NCBI GenBank assembly: GCA_025594325.1
Contig: JANHCV010000008.1
Span: 1,674,001-1,738,000 of the forward strand
DNA: 64,000 bases
Source: Blastocladiella emersonii ATCC 22665
Lineage: Eukaryota; Fungi; Blastocladiomycota
Direction: 5' to 3'
In this document: in pieces, positions 33,936 through 46,265 of the stretch
Position numbering within the stretch: position 1 is the stretch's first letter
How the letters are laid out: each line of letters begins with the position of its first letter
Translations under genes and position numbers: made by a program
Notes under the pieces: model-generated
Database searches by the model: none
The model's input: the letters and a program-made list of their open reading frames with translations, nothing else
Told to the model about the DNA's origin: nothing

Positions 33936-34942
33936 TTCTATCGAGGTGCGTTGCTTACTTGACATTATGCAGCACGACTTGTTGCTCGCTCTGACCGCGG
34001 CCACTGAGATCATCCCACCGTGTGCTCCGTTCAGAGTTGCCCAACTGCGGCAAGTGTCAAAATGTCGGCATCTAGGTCATATTCACGCTGACACACAAGT
34101 TTGTATGCCCTGTCTCGGCCGCACTTGGCCCCGCGGCGCCCAAGAACTCGACGTCGCGACAGCACGCCTACGTGACGACGCTACGACGCGACGAGGCACA
34201 CCGGTGACGCCCTTGCATCGCCTAAGTTGACGAGATCGGCAGTGGCTTCCGCACCAGTATTGCCGAAGCGCTCGCTGGGCCGATTTTTGACTCGAAACGC
34301 CTCAACCGCACGGCGGCCGCTGGCGTGGATGTGTCGCTCGCCGCGCGATTCAAAGCCACATACGGCTAACTGCACAACCTCATTGACACGCGTCTCGAGC
34401 GCCATTCAAGAAGACGTTGGCAGGTCCCAATTTACCGTTATCGCCGAGGTCGCGCCCACAGTCCAAGGCGCTGCGTCGCTGCCGTCCAGCGCGAACGATC
34501 GGCCGCGCCGTCCCTTGACGCAAGCACACCGCGCAGCATCCCCTCGCTCGATCCAGTAAAAAGGCATGCGTGGCACCATGCGGCTCACTTTTGCTGGCAT
34601 AAGAGTATGCCACGACGTGCTCCTACTCGTGTACGCTAAGCCGAAACCGCCCTTGCGTCGGCCGGACGCGCTGCGCCGCTCACATGACCTGACCAACGCG
34701 TCAAGCGCGAGCATGGGTTAAAGTAGCAAAGTTGATGCCGCTCCGCTGCCCAGCCTGGGGCTCAATTTCTTCGCATCAAGTGCCGCAGATCTTTTGCCGC
34801 CTCTCAATACATGCGGTCATGTTGATCACACATCTTCACCCCTCCCTAACGCGACGCATCATGCGGACATGAGCAGCGCGTCTCGGGCAGCAGTTACTTT
34901 CTCGGCTGACCAGAGGGAAATTGGAGGGAGTAAATATGTTCA

Positions 34943-37900
34943 TTACTCGTCAACTTCCACAATACGACCCTCTTCATCCCCGTCATCGTCCTCGCCATTC
35001 TCTCGCGTGAAGTTGCCGTCAGCGCGAGACTTCGCGCCTGCGCTCGGCGGCGGGATCGTCGGATCAAGCGTCACAACAGCGGGAGGGGTGGCGGGCTGCG
35101 ACTGTGCTTCTGCGTTCAGGTACTGCTTACCTGGACCTTTGAACACGGGCAGGAGGGCGCAACGGTACAAGCATGGCTGAAATTCAGCGAAAAGGTCCGC
35201 GTCAAAATCGCCGTTCGCGTCTGAGACATCTTGATTAGGCGCGGACAGCGCCGAGCCGTCGAGACAAGCGGCAAAGCTGGGCCAGTTCTCGACGGGAACC
35301 CTGAGTTGTTCCGTTTGCCCGAGACCGCGGTAGGCGACAGCGACCTTTGGGATCAAGGGCTTTGTATCAGCCCGCAGTGGCGAGGGCAGGAACTGCGGCA
35401 TGCCGGCCATCACCCGCCTGGGCAAGTACAGCATGTCAAGAACGGGCGTGTGGGCGCGCGACGAGTCTGGCGGTGGCAGGACTGACATGCCGCGGAGGAC
35501 CAAGACGGACAAGTACTCGCCCCGATTCAGGTTGGTGACTTGCCCAAAATTGCCCATCATGATTTCAACGATGCGAACGCCACGGACGTAAGCTTCAAAC
35601 AGGCTGGCCGTAAGCATGCGCAAGTAAGCGACCTGAAGGTCGCAGTCAACGAAGAACTTTTCCGGGGTCAAGGCCGGGCGCACAATCTTGATGGCCAGAG
35701 CCTCGAGCTTGGGAGTAGCAACCCGCAGCGCAGTAAGTGCTGCCAGCTGATCCACCGACCACGGCGCCTCGGTCGGGAACACGTCCGTGTCGTCCGGAAG
35801 GCACGGAACAAGCGGGTGGCAAAGAAGGTAATGAAAAAAGGAAGCGGGTGCAAGCACACGCTTGTAACGGAGCCTAACGCGGCCTTCTCGTGGATCGAGC
35901 GCAATTTCAGTCAAACTGGCGTGGCCTGGCAGCCGGAACATCTGGAGCTTCCCGTTGACTGAGACGAGGGGAGCGCCGTAGGCACGAGCGATTTCGGATT
36001 GGGGAGGCTTTTCAAGCTTGGTGGCTCCGCGCGGAAGCGCAAGAAGAACTTCGTACCCATCCTCAACCTCAATAGCAAGAATGGGACGCAGGATCGGAGG
36101 CGTAGTTGGCCGCAGCATGTTCTCGCCGAATTTCTGAAAGCGCGCAACGGCAGCAAATCTGGCGGTACTTGCCATCGTGTGTGTGAGTGAGCCGACGGGA
36201 ACCTTGACCACCGAGACGGACGCGAGCATAACGCGCTGCGTGCTCAAGGTTGCAGCAGAACCGTGGCCATAATCAAAGCGGACGCGGGGGTTGAGCTGGC
36301 TCGATGATCCCTCAACCATGTACCGTGGGACGTACGCGGCAACCCGAAGCAACTGTCCGCCATCGATTGGCTCAAGGATGAGACTACGGAACTGGTGGGT
36401 AAGCAAGCCGTGCGTGACCTCGAACACCAGAGCCGCAAGAGGGTTCACGTTGGTTGCTGCCGTGGCAAACGCGCGATCAAAGGTACCCTCGACGCGGTAC
36501 AACACTTTGTCGCCAAACATTTCACTGATCGCAATCGGGAAGCCGTAGAGCTGCAACTGTGCGAAGGTCTCGGCTGCGCATTCTGCAAACCATGCGTCAG
36601 CGTGGAGGGTCGTCCACAAGCCACGCGCATCAGGCCACGGCGCATCTCTGTGCTGCACAGTACCAGTCCAAGTTAACCGGCCCGAAGCAAACGCAAAAGC
36701 AAATAGCTTAGCCAGGAGGGCGCCCGTGGCACTGGCTCCCGCTATACGTCGCGACGCGGTGGAAAAAATCGTCAATTAACCGTTCCTCTCCGCAGTTTGA
36801 AGTCCATGAAGTCCATTTAATCGTACCTGGTTTGCCAACGAAGGCGGTTGGAGCGTAAAGCGCAAAGAGCCTCTCGGTAAACTGCCTAGCCACGTGGTGA
36901 AAAAGTCCAGAGTCACGCACCGCGATCGGGACGGTCGGGGCGGGGAAGCTGTAGAAGGTGATGTCTTCCCGGCTCCGACCGCCGCGGCGCAAGAGCTGCG
37001 CTTTGCTCCAAGCGATACGCGTCGCGTGCGTTGACCAGTCATGCTCTCCCGGATCTTCGAGCAAGTTCAGGCCGAGCAGCGTTGGCCAAACTTGGAGAGG
37101 AATGGAAGTGACCTCGCGCAAGAATTCGTAACGGTTGGGCGCAATCGAGTCAAGGTGTTCGGTCCATGTGTGGATGAGCGAGCGCCCATATTCCCACTCG
37201 ATAGCAAGGAGCGGTGATCCGTGCACGAGCAAGTTGAGAAGCCCGCAGCTGTCCATCCAGTCGCCCGTCTCTATGACGTTGAAGCGAAGCAAGTCCTGAA
37301 CGTGCTCGGCGGGCTGCTGTTGCTGACGCTGCTGGTCCGGCCGACGAGGATGGCAGAGCTGGTGTTGCGAAACAAGTTGCTCCATGACCTGGACAGGATG
37401 ACCGGCAACAAAGGCGATACGGCACAAAAAGTCGGCCTGACCCGTTTTGATTTGTTCACTAAGAGCATCCGACGCGATCTTGGAGTCGCGACGGCGGTCG
37501 CTGCCAGGGCCAAACGCTTCAGTGAGAGATGTAACGTACTTTTCCAGCGCAAGTTGGACACTCCCATGCACGTCCTCGTGGTTGACGTGCAGGACGTCGA
37601 ACGGAGACAAGTCAAAGGGGACCGAGATCGAAAGTGCGCCGTCAAGGTCCGTGAGAAGCATGGCGGGGTTAGCGACCAAGTCGGGCGGCGCGTGGACATT
37701 ACCCAAGTCGGGATAGAAGGATTCGAGAAGCAGACGAAGCTCGCGGTCGACCTCCTCTTCAACTTCGCCAGTGGGAAAGTTATCCCCATGTGCGTCTCGC
37801 GCCCAGCCCATGAAACGATTGACAGCAGCTTGCGCATAGTCGCTGCGGTCCTCGTCACTGCCGACTCGCGCAAAGTAGACAGCAAGCGCCTCGACGAGCT

Positions 37901-38492
37901 TTCCGACCGACCAGTTGCAAGCGAGCCATGCCTCCCAGCAGCGTCGGACGGCGCCAAGTGTCTTGTCATCGAGCACGCGAACTTGAGCGTCCTCGCGGGT
38001 CCAATCGGCGGCCAGACAACCGCGCATCTGGGCCATCCAGAACTCGGAGGTCGCGGGCTCAAGCATAAACGAATAAGTGAGCTGACGGACGTGGTGCGTG
38101 AGAGCCGGTTTCGTCTCCTCGTCACATTCGGCAACAGCGTGCAGAACAAGCAAGTTGCGGGCAATCACCTCGGGGTGCGTGTCGCTGAGAACAAAAGCGA
38201 GGTCGGCGGTGCCGCACTTGCGCTTGGCGTCATCGAACGTGCGCACGACGTCGCGCAGGTCGCCGCACTGGAAGACGAGGGCATCGAGCCGGCGGAAGGT
38301 GCGCGGGCTGTGGTGGAAGAAGAGGTCGCGGGCGTAGGACCGGCCGTACGGGTAGTACGGCGTGCTGGCGTCGCCGTCGAGGGCGAGAGTGGCGCAAGTC
38401 CGCGACGGCACGACGACGTCGGGCGGACTGGCCTCGGAGTAAGCCTTGCCCTTGGCGGGTCGTTTGCCATTAGTCTTTTTCTTTTGCTTCAT
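34943..38492 (-). CDS. DUF4470 copy E, 1154 aa; exons 38492-36827 and 36741-34943; ends RIVEVDE
   Basis: LVFQCGDLRDV, SDTHPEVIARNLLVL, FASGRLTW. Phase-1 GTACGA...TAG intron in the conserved position. Confidence 0.85.
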
Positions 38493-38586
38493 GGGAGTGA
38501 CATGCAATTAGCCACTTGGTGGGAGCGCGAGGGAAGCGGAGTGCGGCTGGGCTTGAAACGGGCGGCCGCGAAGTGGGAACTGTTCG

Positions 38587-38592
38587 CACGTG
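38587..38592. promoter_or_regulatory. CACGTG box upstream of DUF4470 copy E
   Basis: 95 bp before ATG 38492; GACGCGTC nearby. Confidence 0.4.
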
Positions 38593-39299
38593 ATTTGCAC
38601 ATGATAAACTGACGCGTCTCGCACCCCGTCTCCGCACGCCCTGACCAGCTGAAGCAAGCCCTGGTTGGACTGGCTCGAGCCATCCGGGGAGGACGGCACG
38701 CGTGCAATCGTATCCAGGTAGGATTCGACGGCGGCGCGGGTGGACCGCACCTGGTCCGCCGCTCGCTGGTTAAGAGCGCCAGCGGGCGCGCGGGCGAGGA
38801 TCTCGCCGAGCTGTGCGGCAAATTGCCACAATTTAGCGGCCGGGTCTCCCGACATGGCATCCATCAGCTTGCATCGAGAGGAGCGGGGAGGAGCGTGAGT
38901 CGGTTCCTTGTGCGCAGGCTTTTGTTGCGGGCGCAAATCGCAGCGGAGCACGAGCGCCACTCGGCCGGCATGACCATCCCGTCAACGGAATCCCATCCGG
39001 TCCGGCTCTCGTCCCAACTCTTTGCTCGCACCGCCGCAATCAGCGCCGCAATGCCAGCCTATGGATTTCACTCTCTGCATTATGCTCAGGCGCTATGAAT
39101 CATGATCGCCATCTGCCGCGGTCGCGCCGCCGCTCTCGACTTCGTCAAATTCGCGGTGGTCTTGTAGACGCCAGCCCGCCGTCTGTCGTCTCGCCGATCA
39201 GCTACGTACAACCTCTTGAACTCGGGATCGATAGCCCGCCAGGTCGTCCTTGCAGTCGTATGCCGCTGTTGCTCGGCCGCCGATTCGGCCTGCTCGTCT

Positions 39300-40133
39300 A
39301 GTACTCTCGCCCACAACCGCGGCCGATGCCCCGTCATTACGGTCCAGCCGACACGGCCTTTGACGGGGAGGTATGTTTCATCAAGTGCAAACGAATCGAG
39401 GCTGCACAGGTTAGTACGGCAGAGCATCCGAATTCCTTTGCCGCCGATGCGGTTGGACGACAGGTTGAGGGCTTGGAGAGAGTAAGGGGGGATTTGGGCG
39501 AGTGCAGCGACGCCCTCGTCGCCCAGGGAGCATGATTCTAAGTCAAGATGTTACAGCAAATCGTAGTGCTTGGCAGCAAACAGACGAATTGCCTTGGCGC
39601 CAATCCAGGTATGTTCGAGGTTCCGTTCGACCAAGGTCAAATCTTGGGGCATGCGCTCGGCAAAGACGGTGCGGCCTCAGCGCTCCAATCGGCAAAGCAG
39701 AGGTGAAGGATCTTGAGGCCAGACGGGAGGCCATGCACAAGACCCAGCACGGCGTCAGGCGTAAGCCGCCGGTTGCCCGGCGAGAAAATAACTAGCTCCG
39801 TAAGCGAAGACGGCAGGAAACGCAGGAAGCGCGAGAATCCGGGTGCACCGCGCAAGCCGACAAGGAAGCGGAGGCGCTCGAGGGTGTCCGGGAGCCGCGG
39901 GCCAGAGATGGGCGACAGCGGAAGTGAAACCAAGTGGCCGGAAAGGTTGAGCGTGCGCTTGCGCGATCAACACTAATGTGTTCAAGGACATGGCTCTCGA
40001 TGGCGCGACGGACCGAAGGCGCAAGCGAGCGCGGGAAGACGCGGGCATAGTGTGCGAGCGAAGCGAGGTCGTCGGGGTCGGCCGAGTACACGGCGTAGAC
40101 CAAGATCCGCTCAATGATCGGGGAGACGTCCAT
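39300..40133 (-). pseudogene. Degenerate paralogue of the 4985 LRR gene
   Basis: MDVSPIIERILVYAV...LAHYARVFP...SVDRASAR matches VIERVLLRAV...LLQYARVLP...SMDAASAR. LRR remnants follow with stops and frameshifts. The 3' limit is approximate. Confidence 0.75.
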
Positions 40134-40402
40134 GTTGCTACAAGTTAGCTCGCCTTGTATCTGCATCGTCCAATCGGTGAGCGGGCCGGCCGAGCGCCGA
40201 GTCCGTCGGCCGGAGCGCACGCGGGCTCGCGTGGCTTGCGGGGCGGTGGGGCGAAAATTCCGATCAGCGGGGGACATCTGATTTGCCCTTTCGCTCCACT
40301 GGTTCTCTCCCCGCCCCTTCGTATATCCGGCCCCGCGCCGCTAAATCGCCCCTACACTCCCTGCAACGCACCCAGCGACCCGATCCACGCTCTTCCGTGA
40401 AC

Positions 40403-43400
40403 ATGGCGTCGTCGCCGCTCTCGTCGGTTCCGGCCACGTCCTCGCCGACCGACCCGGCGCCGCTTCTGCCTTCGACCACGGCCGCTCTACCTGCTACTAT
40501 GCCCTCCCTGCCCGCCGCAGCCCACGCCATGGACCCGCCGCAGCCCGCCTACTTCTACGGCGCCGACGAGGGCTTCACGGACGGCGCGCCCGTCTTCACG
40601 CCGACCGCCGCCGAGTTCGCCGACTTTGACGCGTACGTGGCCGCCGTCGACAAGGCGTGGGGCCACCGCTACGGCGTCGTCAAGGTGATTCCGCCGCCCG
40701 AGTGGGCCGCCGCCGTGCCCGACATCCGCCCGCGCCTCGCCCAGGCTAACATCGTCAAGCCCATCTCGCAGCAGTTCGAGGGCGGCCGCGGCGTCTACCG
40801 CCAGCTCAACGCCGAGGTCGCCCGCAAGTACTCGGCCGCCGACTTTGCCCGCGCCTCGTTCACGGACGGCGCCCGCCCGCCGTACCTGCGCCACGAGCCG
40901 CACTGGGCCGACGACCACGGATCGAGCGCCGGCGCCGCCCCGCCCTCGCCCGCCGTCTCGCTCGGCGTCGCTTCTACCACGGGTGACGCCGCCATCACCC
41001 CGCGTATCACGCGCGCGTCCGCCCGCCAGGCCAAGGCACTCGGACTCGCCCACCCGCCCGAAATGCCCACCTCATCGCTCGCCGGCGATACCGCGTCCGA
41101 GGCCTCGCTCGCCACGCCCTCGGCCACCCCCGTGCGCCCCGCCCCGCCCGTCTCGCCCGCCCAACTCGCCAACAAGCCCGCCCAGTGCTTCTTCACCACC
41201 CCCGCTGCCGCCGAGGCCGCCGCGTCCGCGTCTTCCACTCACAACGACGACGAGACCCCGCCCGAGCCCAAGCGCGCGCGCCGCCACTTCCGCTTCGAGG
41301 CCATCGACCTTGACGCCGAGCTCGCCGACGGGCCCTTCGAGGACGACCTGTTCACCTGCCGCTTCCCCGCCCGCTACGTGCGCCACGAGCTCGAGGAAGA
41401 GTACTGGCGCTCCATTGGCGTCAGCTGCGGGTCCGCCGCGAGCCACCGCCCCGTCTACGGCGCCGACCTGCAGGGCACCCTGTGGCCGTCCGCCTCCGAC
41501 CCGCCCACCTGGAACACCAACCGCCTCGACACCATCCTCGCCCGGTGCCTGCGCGCCCGCGTCGCCGGTGTCAACACCCCGTACCTGTACTTCGGGACGT
41601 GGCGCGCCACCTTCGGCTGGCACTGCGAGGACGCCGACCTCTACTCGATCAACTACCTGCACCTCGGCGCGCCCAAGGCCTGGTACGCGCTCGGCGCGTG
41701 CGACGCCGCCGCCTTCGACAAGCTCGCCGCCGCCACCTTCCCGCGCGACGCCCACGAGTGCGCCGAGTTTGTCCGCCACAAGACCCTGCACATGAGTCCC
41801 GCCGCCCTCGCCGCCCACGGCCTCACGGTCCACCGCCTCGTGCAGAACAAGGGCGAGTTCGTCCTCACCTTCCCGCGCGGGTACCACTCCGGGTTCAACC
41901 TCGGGTTCAACTGCGCCGAGTCCGTCAATTTTGCCCTCCCGCGCTGGTTCGACATCGGCAAGCGCGCCGGCACCTGCCAGTGCGAGAACTTTTCAGTCGG
42001 CATTGACGTTGCCGCCCTCGAGAAGGCGTACCACGCGCTGCTCGCTGGCGGTGGCGGGGATCCCGACTCGCCCGTCGAGTCAGAGGCCTCGGCCGAATCG
42101 GTCACCACGGCCGCCCGCGGCATGGCCTCGCGCCAGGGCCGCGTGCTCCGCGCCTCCGCCGCTGCCGCTTCCGGGAAACAGCCGCGCGGCGTCACGGTCG
42201 CCCTCACCGACTTTGCCACCCCGACCGTCCTCGACGCCGCCGTCCACCACCACTCGGACGCCGAGGGTGGAGACGAGGCGGGCGATGCCGGGGAGGCCAT
42301 GGACGTGGTACCCGCCGAGCCCGCGGCCCCGCGCCGCGCCGGCAAGCGGTCCGCCCCGGGCGCTTCCGCGACCGCCGCCGTGAAACCCGAGTCCGGCACA
42401 ACGACGACGGGCGGCGGCGCCGAACCTCGCCGCGCGTCGGCGCTCGGCCCGCTGCTGACGTCGTTCCTGGCGAACCCGCGTCCGTGCCTGCTGTGCCCGC
42501 GTCCCGACGACCCGGACCGGTACGGCGCGCTGCTGCCGTGCCACGGGCTGCCGGCCGGGGTCAACGCGCACCGGACGTGCGCGACGGGCGTCCCCGAGAC
42601 GTGGGCGCACGACGACCACGTGTACGGCGTGGCGTGGGTCCCGCGCGAGCGGCTCGTCATGCTGTGCGCCGCGTGCCACGTCCAGGGCGTACACTCTGGG
42701 CCGGTGGTGCAGTGTGGTGGGGAGACGTGTAACCGGTCGTTCCACGTCGCGTGCGCCCTTGACGAGGGGCAGGCGCGGATCGAGGAGGGCGTGGTCAAGG
42801 TGTGGTGTCGCAAGCACGCGGTACGTTTACTCTGTGTTAGACCTGGAGTGGGATGGAGGCTGACTGTTTGTGCATGTAGCCCAAGATCCCGCAGCCGCGC
42901 AAACGCCGCCGCGCCGCGACCGACCCGACGCGGCTCCCCACGGCCGCCGCGGCCTCCGCCTCGGCCGCTGCTGCTGCTGCCGCTGCCGCGAGCGCTGCCA
43001 CCGCTGCCGCTTCCTCCGCGGCCCCATCCGCGTCCTCCGTGACCGCCGCCGCCGTGCAGGCGCTCGCGACGCTGCAGTTCCGCGCGCCGACCACGGCGTT
43101 TGGTCACTACGCGTACGACCCGCACGCGCACGCGCACGCACACCACCACTACCCGTCGCTCCCGCCCATGGCGCTGCCCGACCACCTGTCGGCGCCGCCC
43201 ATGCACCACCCCCACCCGCACCACCCGTGGGCCGCCACCGCGTCGCCGCTGCTCGCCGGGTACCCGACCACCAGCAGCAGTCCCGCCGTCTCGTCGTCCT
43301 CGGCGGCCGCGTCGCCTATGCCGCTCGCCATGGGCGGGATGGCCGGGTACGCGACCAACCCATGGGCGGCCGCCGCCCGTGGGTACCATCTCCCGCCCGG

Positions 43401-44085
43401 CGGCGCGTTCGCGTCGGCGCCGCAGCCGCACCAGCACCAGCAGCAGCAGCAGGCTGGAGGTCCCGTGGTGCAGCAGTACTACCCGTCGCCCGCCGCCGCC
43501 GCGTACGCGGTCCCGCCCATGCAGCAGGCGCCGTACACGGCGGGCCCGTTCCTCCCGGCGGCCGCCACCACGACCGCGGCCACGACCGCCGAGTACAACC
43601 CGGCCGTCACGGCCCCGGCCACGGTGGTCGGCGGCGACGCGGGGTACATGAGCTCGCCGCCGCACCAGTACGCGGTCCCGCCGGTCCCGCAGCAGCCGTT
43701 CGCGCCACCACCCCCGCAGACGCAGCAGCAGCCCCAGCAGGCGTTTGTGAACCCGGCACCGCAGCCGGCGTACGCGGGTGGGTATTATGGGTACCCGGCG
43801 CCCACGGACTACTCGGCGGCCGCCGCCGCGGCTGCCGCGGTCGCGTCGGCAACGCCGCCGTTCGCCCACCACCACCAGCAAACCGTTCCCACCCTCCCGC
43901 AAGAACAGCCGCAGCAACAGCAGGCGTTCCCGCTTGCACCGGTCCTCCCGGCTCCCACGCCTGCTGCGGGTGCAGCTCCGCCCGCTGTTGCGGCTGTCCT
44001 CGCGGATACCGCGTCGGTGCCAGCAGGCGGCAGCGGCACCGGCGGGTTCCCGTCCCCGCAACCGCCGCCCAGTGGGTCGTCGTGA
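40403..44085 (+). CDS. KDM4: KDM4/JMJD2-type JmjN-JmjC histone demethylase with extended PHD, 1207 aa; intron 42821-42879
   Basis: JmjN PVFTPT...GVVKVIPP; JmjC GVNTPYLYFG, WHCED, SINYLHLGAPKAWY, YHSGFN; C2HC-PHD cysteines; Pro/Gln/Tyr-rich tail. Confidence 0.92.
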
Positions 44086-44197
44086 GTTCCGCTCCGAGTG
44101 TTTTCTGTATCCTCCGTCCGCATGTGCTCCTCCCCCTCGTGTCTCGTTTCGTGTCGTGTTCGTGAATTCATTGTATTAGTACGGTATCCCCTGGCCT

Positions 44198-46135
44198 CTA
44201 CTTTTTCTTGGCGGGCGATGGTCCCGGCGACGAGACCGGCGCAGCTGGCGCGTCGCCCGCGGGCTGCCGGTCGCGCGCGAGGTCCGCCGCGACGGACTCG
44301 GCCGACACGCTCGCGAACGGCCACGGCGCCGCAGCAGTTGCGCCAGGGAACGGCGCGCGGTCGAGGAACAGGCCGACGTCGATCCACGCGCACGCCGTCG
44401 CTGGACCGGCCGGCGCTGGTGCTGTGGGGTCGGCGGAAGGTGGCGGCGGCGGAGGAGGAAGCTGAAGCGGGACCGCGGGCGTGTACATGACCGCGTTCTA
44501 CACGTCGCCGTCGCGTTAGCCGATCCCACAGCAGCTGGCAGGCAACACGCACGTCGTACCTCGCCCGTGAGCAGCGCCGCGAAATCCAGGTCGACGGCGA
44601 ACACGGTCTCGCGCGGGCCGACCAGCGTGCGCGTGTACTCTAGCACGGGGACGTCGGATTTGCCCGGTTTCTTGGTCGGACTCGGAGCAGTGGGGGCGGC
44701 GCGGGTCGGCGAGCCCGTGGCCGCAGCAGCGGTGGTGCCGGGAGCAAGGGGTTTCGGGACCGACCGCATCACCTGGCGGTAGCACGTCAGCGTGAGCGGG
44801 TCTACACACGGACACGCGCGCGGTCGTGAGTCGCAATGGCCGCGTGGGAGAACCGGAAGCGCGTACCCGCGACCGCGTCCCTGACTTCGCGGCTCGCGGT
44901 GACCGACCACTCGATCACCGCCCTGAACGGGACACTGACCGTCTTCCTGCCGGGTGGCACGACAGGCGCCGCTGCCGCGGCCGCGGCCGCAGGCTTACCC
45001 TTGACGACGGGCGGCGGCGGCGGGAGCAGGACAGGCGTCGGGTCCGTGGCGCGGTCCCACAGGGTGAGCGTGTACACAACCTCGTCGGGCGGTACCGCCG
45101 CGGCGGCGGCATCGGAGTCGGGGACCGCGGGCGGGGCGAGGTCTGCCGGGGAGATGTCGGGGAGGCCGGTCAGGGTGCCAAAGTACAGCTTGAAGGCGGC
45201 GTCGGTCGCGGACGGCGGTGGGGAGTCAGAGACGGGAGCGGCGCGGTCGGCATCCGTCACGGTAAGGCCATCGAGCTCGGCGAGGGTCGCGAGGGTGCGG
45301 GTCGTCAGGCCGCGGTACGCGGCAACGAGGGACAGTGGGGATTCCTACAGCCGCAGTGACGGTCAGAGTCGACGTGTTCGCGGGAGGCGGTCGAGTCAAG
45401 TACCAGCAGCCCGAGGATCCGCAGTTTCGGGAGCCCCGCCGCGAGCGCCTCGAGCGTCGCGGTCAGGTCCCGCAGCGCCGTGCCCGACAGGTCGAGGCTC
45501 AAAACACTCTGCGGGAGAGCGCCCGTGACGCGCACGGTCTCGATCGCGTTGTACCCGAGGTTGACGTGCAGGAGTATCGGGAGCGACGTGAGGTCCGGAA
45601 TCTCGGTCAGCCTAGTGGCGCGGTATCAGTAACGGTCCCGCGAGAGTAAGGACCATCGAGCGTACCGATTCAACGCAAGGTTGAGCTCGGTGATGGTCGC
45701 CGGGAAAGAGCGCGGCGGGACGCGGGCGATCACATTGCCGCATAGATCGACGCGGGCCAGCCGCGTGAAGGCGGCGAGGAAGCCGTCGGCGGAGAGGCTC
45801 GCAATCTTGCGGTTCGGGAGCGCCAGCGAGCGCAGGGTGTGTAGGACGGTCCGTTGCGAGAGGGACTTGCGCATGCGCAGCTCGGCGCACGGGTCGTCGT
45901 CGTCGGTGGGCGAGGTACGTGCGATATCCGGAAACTCGTCTGAGGGCGCAGATGCACGACAAGCAAAAGTCGTCAAGAAACCACACAAGGACCAGCACAG
46001 AGACATACCGGAGGCCCAGTTCGGCTTACCGGACCGGGTTCCCGCGAGGTCGGCCCACCGCAGCCCCGTTGACTGCTCGAAGGCCACGGCCCACGCGTCG
46101 GCCAGGCTGGCGGGCGCAGAGTGGAGGGCGGGCAT
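44198..46135 (-). CDS. LRRC43: LRRC43-like ciliary LRR protein, 542 aa; exons 46135-46009, 45939-45666, 45611-45404, 45344-44867, 44801-44560, 44497-44198
   Basis: Five GT-AG introns give a continuous frame. SDS22-type LRRs, and the LRR cap PLSLVAAYRGLTTRTLATLAELDGLTVT resembles LRRC43 as I recall it. Confidence 0.7.
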
Positions 46136-46259
46136 TTCAAGGTTGTAGATTCATCGGTTGCATGGAGTTGCGAGGCGATTGGCGTTGGTTGGGAGGAAGT
46201 GCCCGGATGGGGAGGACACGCGAGCGAAAAGTGGGCGAGGCTCGGCGCGCGCCGCGCAC

Positions 46260-46265
46260 CACGTG
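46260..46265. promoter_or_regulatory. CACGTG box upstream of the LRRC43-like gene
   Basis: 125 bp before ATG 46135. Confidence 0.4.

Noticed and set aside
38508-38960. 150-aa ORF just upstream of DUF4470 copy E
   Set aside because: No recognisable motif and it overlaps the putative promoter of E. It could be a small helical gene but is unsupported.
41653-44061. 802-aa antisense ORF over KDM4 (likewise 59509-61443, 644 aa, over chitin synthase)
   Set aside because: Shadow frames produced by the extreme GC3 of the real genes; Arg/Gly/Val-rich with no domain.
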